From the NCBI GenBank assembly GCA_964483335.1, contig CAZAAA010000002.1, positions 852 to 64,851 of the forward strand: a stretch of 64,000 bases of DNA, written 5' to 3'. The notes beneath the pieces are model-generated. The model made no database searches, had not been told where the DNA came from, and saw only the letters and a list, made by a program, of their open reading frames with translations. This DNA comes from an uncultured Candidatus Saccharibacteria bacterium. Lineage in GTDB: Bacteria > Patescibacteriota > Saccharimonadia > Saccharimonadales > Saccharimonadaceae. Below, one piece after another: positions 17,160-24,630 of this stretch (position 1 is the stretch's first letter; each line of letters begins with the position of its first letter). Both the position numbers and the translations under genes were made by a program.

Positions 17160-18920
17160 ATGGCAAATATGAAAACTCCCGAGCAGGGAGACAAGAAAAA
17201 AGCGGTTGGCTATACCCGTGTGTCAACTGAAGAACAAGTAGACGGGGCTTCTAAAGAAGTGCAGAAACAGGCAATTCTGGAGTATGCGAAGAAATACAAC
17301 CTAGAAATCTCAGAACAAGACATCTACTGGGATGGCGGGTTTTCCGCCAAAAACGCAAACCGACCAGAACTCCAGCGGATGCTGAGTGAAATTGAAGACG
17401 GCACCATCAAGCCAGATGTGCTGATTGTTTACAATCTATCACGCATCTCACGCAACCTAATGTCGTTCTCAGGAGATATTGCTCCAACTCTAGCAAAACA
17501 TAAGGTGGAACTCCGTTCTACCTGTGAGGACATCAACGAAACCCCTCAGGGCAAGTTTATGATGAACCTCTCTATTGCTCTTCATCAATTGGACAACGAC
17601 ACGAAGAGTAAGACTACTTCTGATAATATGAAAATGGTCGCATCTGAAGGCTACTGGCAAAGTTACCCGCCACTGGGAATGGTTAACGACCACGTGCAGA
17701 CGGGCTTAAAAACCAAAGACGGTAAGCCACGCTACCGCACTATCTTGAAGCCAGATTTGCGGAACGACACTGCTCAAAAGGTTAAAGACGTGCTAGACTA
17801 CTACGCACAGGGTGATAAAACTAAGGCTCAGACGCTAAGGTATGCAGGCAAAATCGGGCTCAAGACTAGAGCAGGTAAAGCCCTGACTCTCCAGTCTCTG
17901 ATTGAACTACTCCAGCAACCCGCTCTGGCTGGCTACATCTGTTCACCAACTTTGACTGATGGACAGTATATCAAAGCCCAGTGGGACGGTCTTATCTCAC
18001 TGGAGCAGCATCTGCTGATTTTGGAGTTGCTCCGTGGTGGGAGCGACCCAGATAAAAAGCAGATTTACCGCAGAAATAATCCAGACTTCCCTCTTAAGGG
18101 GACGCTCATCTGTGGATGTTGTGGCTATGCGGCACGTGGCTCTTGTCCACGATGTGGAAGCGGTGCCAAAAGTCCACGCTATCACTGTTCTGAGTGTGTT
18201 GGTGCTGGCTCTATCAAGCCAGAAAAGATGCACGAGAAGTTCATTGACCTTCTTGCTCGCATTACGCCTGTCAAAAGCCTTCTGAGAGCCTTTGGGCTCT
18301 CTATGGGGCGAGCGATGAAACACAGCGTAGAAAAGGCTCAGAAAACGATTGCGGAACAAGAAGCGTTGATTAAAACATATGCAGAGCAAGAAGAGGAGTC
18401 GTTCTTCTTAGCCAGCACGCATCAACGCTCGGAAGCCGACCATAATCGTCTTGTTGCTATCTTGCAAAAGAAAACCAAGCAGGCTGAACAAGCGATTGAA
18501 GAGGCTAAAGAACTTAAAAGCATCAGCGAGCACAAGATTAAGTGCCTTGTAGATTTGATGGAGAACCCCGCCGACTTATGGCGGGGGGCTTCCCTTGAAG
18601 TGCGACAGATGCTCCAGAAGATGATTTTTCCGAACGGACTAAGTGTCAATTTGAAGACTGGAGAGTTTGCAGAAATTGGAACCAACGACATCAGCCCGCT
18701 CTTCTCTGTTATTTGCACCAAAAATGGCTCAAAAGAGCCAGATTATTCAGATGTGGTGCCCGGGACTGGACTCGAACCAGCAAGCCGTGAGGCATATGCT
18801 CCTAAGGCATACGTGTCTACCAATTTCACCACCCGGGCAAGGGTTGGTGGTTACGAGCTTTATTATAGCAGATTTTACTGTGGCTGGCTAGAGTTTTGTG
18901 GCGGCACTGGGGCTGGCTGA
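17160..18920 (+). CDS. Large serine recombinase (resolvase, recombinase and Zn-ribbon domains); integrated-state C-terminus reads antisense through tRNA-Leu
   Basis: GYTRVSTEEQ catalytic Ser motif, YNLSRISRN, PLKGTLICGCCG...YHCSEC zinc ribbon, coiled coil. Confidence 0.93.
   Translation: MANMKTPEQGDKKKAVGYTRVSTEEQVDGASKEVQKQAILEYAKKYNLEISEQDIYWDGGFSAKNANRPELQRMLSEIEDGTIKPDVLIVYNLSRISRNLMSFSGDIAPTLAKHKVELRSTCEDINETPQGKFMMNLSIALHQLDNDTKSKTTSDNMKMVASEGYWQSYPPLGMVNDHVQTGLKTKDGKPRYRTILKPDLRNDTAQKVKDVLDYYAQGDKTKAQTLRYAGKIGLKTRAGKALTLQSLIELLQQPALAGYICSPTLTDGQYIKAQWDGLISLEQHLLILELLRGGSDPDKKQIYRRNNPDFPLKGTLICGCCGYAARGSCPRCGSGAKSPRYHCSECVGAGSIKPEKMHEKFIDLLARITPVKSLLRAFGLSMGRAMKHSVEKAQKTIAEQEALIKTYAEQEEESFFLASTHQRSEADHNRLVAILQKKTKQAEQAIEEAKELKSISEHKIKCLVDLMENPADLWRGASLEVRQMLQKMIFPNGLSVNLKTGEFAEIGTNDISPLFSVICTKNGSKEPDYSDVVPGTGLEPASREAYAPKAYVSTNFTTRARVGGYELYYSRFYCGWLEFCGGTGAG
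18754..18838 (-). tRNA. trnL: tRNA-Leu(TAG), integration target
   Basis: GCCCGGG/CCCGGGC acceptor stem, TATGC-CTTAGGA-GCATA anticodon arm, long variable arm, CCA; TGCTATAAT promoter upstream. Confidence 0.96.
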
Positions 18921-19459
18921 GTGGACTCGGGGGCTGGCTGCGCCGGTTGCTGAGCCGGCTGCTCCGGCTTGGCGGGTTGCTCCGGTTGAGCGGTGGGGCT
19001 TTTGAAGGCGTCAGCAAAAGGAATTTGTTTACCTTTAGCGTAGGCATATTCATATTGCTTACCCATGGCAAGAAACCACATGAAAACCGGGTTTAAAACC
19101 ATCAAGCCGATAGCAAAGCCCTCTTTTTGAGAGAAAGCCTTAGCCAGACCAAGGCACATCCAGACATAAAAGCCAATATTGACAACCGGGACGAGCATAA
19201 GAAGAGAAAGCCACTTATTATAACCAATAATCTGGAACATGATGAACCAGTTGTAGACCGGAATGAGCGCTTTCCATGGTTCATATTTAGCCTTTTTAAA
19301 GACAAACCAGCAAGCGGCAACGTAAATCACATAGAGCACTGCTAGAGTGATAATAATAGGGACGGCGATTTTTGTAATTGCAGCCCAGGTTTCGCCCTGT
19401 TCAAGACATTTTTCGACAGTGGCGCAACCCCTACCAAAGATAACAAAAGCACTATTCAT
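18875..19459 (-). CDS. DUF5684-like membrane protein with Pro/Gln-rich tail
   Basis: FKKAKYEPWKALIPVYN motif, LAKAFSQKEGFAIGL; QPEQPA repeats. Confidence 0.8.
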   Translation of the reverse strand: MNSAFVIFGRGCATVEKCLEQGETWAAITKIAVPIIITLAVLYVIYVAACWFVFKKAKYEPWKALIPVYNWFIMFQIIGYNKWLSLLMLVPVVNIGFYVWMCLGLAKAFSQKEGFAIGLMVLNPVFMWFLAMGKQYEYAYAKGKQIPFADAFKSPTAQPEQPAKPEQPAQQPAQPAPESTQPAPVPPQNSSQPQ

Positions 19460-19492
19460 GCTCTTATTATAGCATAAGCAAGAAGAATCTGT

Positions 19493-19882
19493 CTATTTTT
19501 CTGCTTTGGCTAGAGCGCGGGAAGATACGAAAGTGATCATCATGCCGGCAAGGAGAGCGAACGGCAGAACATCTGCTGGGCCAGTAGTGGGGAGATCTTC
19601 GGTTTTAGTGTCTACCTCGGTCACAACTGGAGTATTAGAGGTCTGCTCCGGAACCTTGGCGGCAGTTTTACCGGCATCTTTGTCGGTGCTAGTAGTCTCT
19701 TCAGGCTTAGTTTCCTGAGTAGTTTCTTGGACGGCAGTAGTTTCTTCGTTATTATTGACACTACTGATAGCGGCAATGATAACCCAAGCACCAATTGCCA
19801 AAACGGCAACAGCGGCAGCAGTAGCAACGGCGATTATCTTTACCCTACGAGCGTGCTCACTGTCATCTTTATAATTATTCAT
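19493..19882 (-). CDS. Small membrane protein with LPxTG-like C-terminal sorting signal
   Basis: N-terminal TM, Thr/Glu-rich linker, LPTTGP followed by hydrophobic helix and basic tail. Confidence 0.7.
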   Translation of the reverse strand: MNNYKDDSEHARRVKIIAVATAAAVAVLAIGAWVIIAAISSVNNNEETTAVQETTQETKPEETTSTDKDAGKTAAKVPEQTSNTPVVTEVDTKTEDLPTTGPADVLPFALLAGMMITFVSSRALAKAEK

Positions 19883-19948
19883 AAAAATAACTCCTAATAA
19901 CTATTCTTACGTCTATTATAGCACACTTTTCCTAAAAAAGCAATACTT

Positions 19949-20536
19949 TTAACACTTTTTCTGCAAAATGCTAATGTTGGCAGCAGCGTAACTCTTAGTA
20001 CGAAGTAGCTCTAGGGGATATTTGGAACCACCAAGAGAAACCGGGTCAAAACCAGCCGGGTGAGAGAGTACAAAATAGCCCTTAGGAGCAAGAAAAGGCA
20101 AGAGAGGTTGCAAAGTCTTCTTAGTGATTTGGCGATAAGGAGGGTCAGCAAAAATTAGCGAAAAAGTAGCTTGGTTAGATTTTGAGAAAGCTTCAACTGA
20201 CTGCTCAAACAATTCCACTCTGGACGAGGGAAGCGGTTCGCCATCTTGGTCGGCGAGCTTCAAAAGTTTAAGATTTCTCCGGATGGCGGCGGCAGCATAA
20301 CGGTCACTCTCTACAAAAACAACACTTTTGGCACCGCGAGAAAGAGCCTCTAGACCAAGAGCGCCAGTGCCAGCAAAAGCATCTAGAACCATAGCGTCAT
20401 CTAGTACGTCCGAACCAAGTGAATTCATTAGGGCTAGGCGTTCACGCGAGCCCATGGGATGAGTAGCGTTATTACGGGGAGAACTAAGCTCTCTGCCACG
20501 ATAGACGCCGGAAGTAATTTTGATAGAACCTTTCAT
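19949..20536 (-). CDS. rsmD: RsmD family 16S rRNA (guanine-N2)-methyltransferase
   Basis: IKITSGVYRGR, LDAFAGTGALGLEALSRGA, FADPPY; ATGA overlap with upstream stop. Confidence 0.9.
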   Translation of the reverse strand: MKGSIKITSGVYRGRELSSPRNNATHPMGSRERLALMNSLGSDVLDDAMVLDAFAGTGALGLEALSRGAKSVVFVESDRYAAAAIRRNLKLLKLADQDGEPLPSSRVELFEQSVEAFSKSNQATFSLIFADPPYRQITKKTLQPLLPFLAPKGYFVLSHPAGFDPVSLGGSKYPLELLRTKSYAAANISILQKKC

Positions 20537-21378
20537 AATGCCGACTCCCAGCCCATCATAACGCAACGGATAATCTCCGGGATGAGAATTTTTTTAGTCT
20601 CTAAGGCTAGTTCAGTAGTCCAACCTTCGTTGCGAAAACGAGTATACATGTCTAGAGCGGCGATAATTTTTAGTGAATGATAGAATTCTTGTTTTAAATC
20701 GATAGTCTCCGGATGTCGCAACTTAGCCTGGTCGGCCGGGGAGAGTTCTGGTACAAAAACGCGGTCTGGGAAAGCAGTCATAGTAATGGCTATGCCGTAT
20801 TCAAAAGCGATATGTTTACTCATATAGCCATCTGCACCCCAGTAAAGCCAGTTATTACGCAGAGTCTCGGTAGCGTTACGGCCATGCATGATACCCTTGA
20901 TTGGTACGCCAAAAACTTTAACAAATTCTTTCTCGGTCATCAATTCACGCTGGGCCTTATTTAAGGGGAAATGGTGGGCTGGAGTGAGTCCGTCGGTAAT
21001 GGCATGGGCCAGCCAGGCTGCCTCAAAAGCCGCCCGTACGGGGTCATGGCAGGGAGCATCTGGGTTTTCGGAATCTTTAGTGGCAGGGCGCAAGGCTTTT
21101 TTAAGATTGTATTGGTGATCTTTAATAAGCTTAATGAGCACTCCATTATCCTGATCCGGTATAATGAAGTGCAGTGGCTCGTCTACGCCAGGGCTTTTTC
21201 TTTTTAGGCCATCCGGACCACGCATCCCCTCAAAATGTAAAATCTCCCGAGTGTTTGGAAAATATTGGCCAGGCTCTAGTGGCAAAGTTTTCCGGGCAAT
21301 CCGGTCTAATTTCTGATGGGTGCCAACGATTTTGCCGGAGATTTTAGAGTTTTTACGGATAGCAAGAGTTGAATACAT
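20533..21378 (-). CDS. Hypothetical protein, Zn-dependent phospholipase C/S1-P1 nuclease-like
   Basis: His/Asp cluster: THQKLD, HF, AWLAHAITDGLTPAHH, HIAFE. Confidence 0.55.
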   Translation of the reverse strand: MYSTLAIRKNSKISGKIVGTHQKLDRIARKTLPLEPGQYFPNTREILHFEGMRGPDGLKRKSPGVDEPLHFIIPDQDNGVLIKLIKDHQYNLKKALRPATKDSENPDAPCHDPVRAAFEAAWLAHAITDGLTPAHHFPLNKAQRELMTEKEFVKVFGVPIKGIMHGRNATETLRNNWLYWGADGYMSKHIAFEYGIAITMTAFPDRVFVPELSPADQAKLRHPETIDLKQEFYHSLKIIAALDMYTRFRNEGWTTELALETKKILIPEIIRCVMMGWESAL

Positions 21379-21379
21379 A

Positions 21380-23446
21380 TTAGTTAAGAGTAGTTAGCTG
21401 TTGATACTTCTTAATAGATTGGGCTAGCTCAGGATATTGTAGCATATTTTCCGGATGTTTAGCAAGCACGGCAGCCTGTTTTTGGGCTAATGCAATTAGG
21501 TGCGTATCAGAGAGGCTAGCAATCCTGAGGTCTAGAGCGCCATGCTGAAGATTGCCGTAGATTTCACCTGGCCCGCGGAGCTTCAAGTCTACTTCCGCCA
21601 GATAGAAACCATCAGTAGATTTTTCTAATTCCCTTAGCCGGCGCGAGGGTTGGTCTTCCCCTTTTGTCAGAAGATAGCAAAAACTCTGTTTCTGGCCACG
21701 ACCAACCCGACCGCGTAGCTGGTGAAGTTGGGCTAAACCATAATTTTCGGCGTCTTGAATCACAATTAGAGTGGCATTGGGGACGTTAACACCAACCTCT
21801 ACTACAGTGGTAGAAACGAGAATTTGAATTTTATTGTCTGCAAAATCTTGCATAATCTGATCTTTTTCTTCCTGCTTCATGCGACCATGGAGAAACTCTA
21901 CCCGATATTTTTGAAAAAGCTCCTTCAATTTAGCAGCTTGGCGTTTTACACTTGCAGTTTCCGTAGTAGGGTTGTCTTCTATAGCTTTACAAATCCAGTA
22001 AATCTGTTCTTTATTTGCTAACTTTTCACGCATAGCCGGATAGAGCTCGTCATTCTGGCTAGCTTCCGTGATAATAGTGGTTTTTATCTGTTGACGGCCT
22101 CTAGGTAATTCATTTAGTACGGAGACGTCAAGATCGCCAAAAATCGTAAGCTGCAGAGAGCGCGGAATAGGGGTGGCGGTCATGGCGAGAAAATGCGGAG
22201 CGAAGCCAGGTCTAGTGATAGCGGTTTTTTCCAGGAGCTTTTGACGTTGGTTTACGCCGAAACGATGTTGTTCGTCAATGATACAGAGAGCCAGGGAGCT
22301 AAAAACAGTGTCGTCGGTGATGAGCGCGTGCGTGCCGATGACAAGATCGATTTTTCCTTCCCTGATTTGCTTTTTGAGTTCTGGCTTATGCTTAGTAGCG
22401 CCAGTAAGCAAGGCAACCTTGATAGAATAGGGTCTGAGAAGCTCTGAGAGGCCGTCGTAGTGCTGTTTGGCTAAAACTGCAGTAGGAGCAAGGATGGCGG
22501 TCTGATGGCCATTCTGGGCGACCTGGTGGGCTGCTATGGCCGCTACTACAGTCTTCCCAGAGCCAACATCACCTTGTAAAAGACGATTCATAGGGGTAGG
22601 CTTCTCTAAATCTTGCAAGATGTCCCAGGCGGCAATTCTTTGGGCATTAGTCAGGCGAAAGGGGAGGCTACTAACCAGCTCTTTGGTGTTTTTAGCCTGA
22701 AATTTGCAGGGGAGGGATTTGAGTTTTTGGTTATCCTGACGATTGAGCTTGGCGGCCAGCAACAGCTCATAGAGCTCTTCATAGGCGAGATACTTTCTCC
22801 CATGTTCTACCTCTGAGGCATTTTGCGGGAAATGAATATTCAACAAAGCGTCAGCACGAGCACCAGGGCTAACGAAATCTGGTGCGGTAGTGGCTTCGGG
22901 CGTAGTCCTATCAGAGGGCAGCACGTCAGGGACGAGAGCAATACTTTCCCGAAGGCTACTTAGTAGCTTTTTGAAAAAGGCGCTATTTAATTTACCCCTG
23001 GCTTTATAGATAGGCTGAAAACCGTTTGCCCCCTGTTCTACCTCTGTAGCGAGAACGGCGGTAGGACTAGTGAGCTGATAACGGTTATATTTAAAATCAT
23101 ACTGGCCAGAGAAATAATAGTCTTTTCCCTCTTGAAACTGCTTAGCGCGGTAGGGCTGATTGAACCAGACTACTCTGACCAGTGCAGTGTCGTCAGAAAT
23201 ACAGCCTTCGGTAATAGTAAAATTGCGGCGCCCGGTATGACGGGTGTGCAAGCCAGAGATTTTCCCTCTGATCATAACTTTGCCTGGCTTTAAATTGCGG
23301 ATTTTGACGGCAGTCTGGTAGTTTTCGTAATCACGAGGGAGATAGTATAAAATGTCGCGCACGGTACGTAGGCCGGCCTTCTCCAAAATCTCGGCTGTTT
23401 TAGGGCCAACACCCTTTAGAGTGGTTACCTCCGCTGATAATTCCAT
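21380..23446 (-). CDS. recG: ATP-dependent DNA helicase RecG
   Basis: LLQGDVGSGKT, IIDEQHRFGV, MTATPIPRSL, QLHQLRGRVGRG. Confidence 0.97.
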   Translation of the reverse strand: MELSAEVTTLKGVGPKTAEILEKAGLRTVRDILYYLPRDYENYQTAVKIRNLKPGKVMIRGKISGLHTRHTGRRNFTITEGCISDDTALVRVVWFNQPYRAKQFQEGKDYYFSGQYDFKYNRYQLTSPTAVLATEVEQGANGFQPIYKARGKLNSAFFKKLLSSLRESIALVPDVLPSDRTTPEATTAPDFVSPGARADALLNIHFPQNASEVEHGRKYLAYEELYELLLAAKLNRQDNQKLKSLPCKFQAKNTKELVSSLPFRLTNAQRIAAWDILQDLEKPTPMNRLLQGDVGSGKTVVAAIAAHQVAQNGHQTAILAPTAVLAKQHYDGLSELLRPYSIKVALLTGATKHKPELKKQIREGKIDLVIGTHALITDDTVFSSLALCIIDEQHRFGVNQRQKLLEKTAITRPGFAPHFLAMTATPIPRSLQLTIFGDLDVSVLNELPRGRQQIKTTIITEASQNDELYPAMREKLANKEQIYWICKAIEDNPTTETASVKRQAAKLKELFQKYRVEFLHGRMKQEEKDQIMQDFADNKIQILVSTTVVEVGVNVPNATLIVIQDAENYGLAQLHQLRGRVGRGQKQSFCYLLTKGEDQPSRRLRELEKSTDGFYLAEVDLKLRGPGEIYGNLQHGALDLRIASLSDTHLIALAQKQAAVLAKHPENMLQYPELAQSIKKYQQLTTLN

Positions 23447-23461
23447 GCCTTTATTATAGCA

Positions 23462-24127
23462 CTAATCTTCCACCTTACCGCAGTGGTCAGCTCGCCATTT
23501 GGCAATTTCTCCATGATTGCCAGAGAGTAAAATATCTGGGACTTTCATGCCACGGAAATCTGCAGGCTTGGTATACTGCGGAAATTCAATGTTGTTGCCG
23601 TCCGAGAAGCTTTCTATCTCCGTAGATTGTTCGCCTCCGAGCACTCCAGGCAATAGACGAGTAATACTGTCAATAATAATTAGAGCAGGGAGCTCGCCGC
23701 CAGTCAAGATGAAACGGCCAAGCGACACCTGGTAGTCAACAATATTCAAGATACGGGCATCGTAGCCCTCGTAGTGGGGGCAGAGGATAATGTAGTGAGC
23801 CGGAGCTGCTAATTCTTCTGCATACTTTTGAGTCCACTGGCGGCCGCCAGGAGTGGGTAAAATCACCCTGGCATTTGGACTTTTAGCTTTAATTTCTTCA
23901 ATAGCGGCATAGACTGGCTCGCAGCGCAGGAGCATACCATCGCCACCGCCATACGGAGTGTCGTCTACGCTTTTGTGTGCGCCAATGCCATAATCGCGCA
24001 AGTTGACGAACTCATATTCTACAATACCTTTTTTTTGGGCTTTGTAGAGCATCGAAGAGTAGAGATAAGGCGCTAGGGCCTCCTGGAAAAGAGTGATTAT
24101 CGTGAATTTTACCAGCGGAGTAGACAT
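23462..24127 (-). CDS. trmD: tRNA (guanine37-N1)-methyltransferase
   Basis: VDDTPYGGGDGM, LTGGELPA, PQYTKP, VPDILLSGNH. Confidence 0.97.
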   Translation of the reverse strand: MSTPLVKFTIITLFQEALAPYLYSSMLYKAQKKGIVEYEFVNLRDYGIGAHKSVDDTPYGGGDGMLLRCEPVYAAIEEIKAKSPNARVILPTPGGRQWTQKYAEELAAPAHYIILCPHYEGYDARILNIVDYQVSLGRFILTGGELPALIIIDSITRLLPGVLGGEQSTEIESFSDGNNIEFPQYTKPADFRGMKVPDILLSGNHGEIAKWRADHCGKVED

Positions 24128-24196
24128 ATTGTGTCTTATTATAACATAAATTTACGACGTTGAAAATGCCGGCAGGGATTCTGCCGGCGAAAAATA

Positions 24197-24331
24197 TTAC
24201 TGCTTGCTCTTTTTATGTTCCTTTTTGTATGCTGCTAAGTCTTCCTTGATGATAATCTTGTCTGCTACCTTACGGATAGATATTTTCAGTTCATCCTGAT
24301 CTACACCAAGTGCTTTTGCCAACTTTTCCAT
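24197..24331 (-). CDS. 44-aa small protein, possibly HTH-like (LAKALGV)
   Basis: Own promoter (TTGATT-17-TATAAT), AAAGGGGGT RBS, terminator hairpin at 24163-24193. Confidence 0.55.
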   Translation of the reverse strand: MEKLAKALGVDQDELKISIRKVADKIIIKEDLAAYKKEHKKSKQ

Positions 24332-24424
24332 AAAAAGACCCCCTTTCAAGAGTAACAATAAGTTGCTTGCGGCTAACCAGCCACATACTTCCATTATAGC
24401 ATAGAAGTTATAAAAAATCAAGCC

Positions 24425-24453
24425 TTGACAAGCAAAATGATTTTGCTTAAAAT
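24425..24453 (+). promoter_or_regulatory. Sigma70 promoter with a palindromic operator filling the spacer
   Basis: TTGACA-17-TAAAAT; AAGCAAAAT-G-ATTTTGCTT palindrome at 24430-24448. Confidence 0.8.
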
Positions 24454-24459
24454 AAGAGT

Positions 24460-24604
24460 AAGCTGAAACGCTTCACAGGGGTTCCACTGAAAGTTTGGTG
24501 GAGTGTGGAGACTTTAAAAAACAAACAGCGGATTAAAACAAAACAATGTGCCCCAGGGTGGGCGCGCTTCAGCGCGAAAAAGAACCCGAGAAATCGGGTT
24601 CTTT
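24460..24604 (+). ncRNA. Orphan structured ncRNA, possibly a compact 6S-like RNA
   Basis: Promoter; 5'/3' ends pair (GCTGAA/TTCAGC, GGGG/CCCC); A-rich internal loop; terminator AAAGAACCCGA-GAAA-TCGGGTTCTTT; no ORF. Confidence 0.55.
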
Positions 24605-24630
24605 GCACGCTATGAAGATACTGCGGTGCG

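Larger units (their letters stand above)
12566..18759 (+). mobile_element. 6.19-kb integrative element inserted at the 3' end of tRNA-Leu(TAG) via a large serine recombinase
   Basis: Direct-repeat core TGGTGC at 12566-12571 and 18754-18759 (reverse complement of the tRNA 3' GCACCA); recombinase ORF runs into the tRNA; displaced terminator at left border; accessory cargo. Confidence 0.85.

Noticed and set aside
18890-19000. Pro/Gln/Ala-rich repeats (also in SecE, the response regulator and the kinase tail)
   Set aside because: Ordinary low-complexity linkers with no discrete repeated DNA unit or sign of mobility
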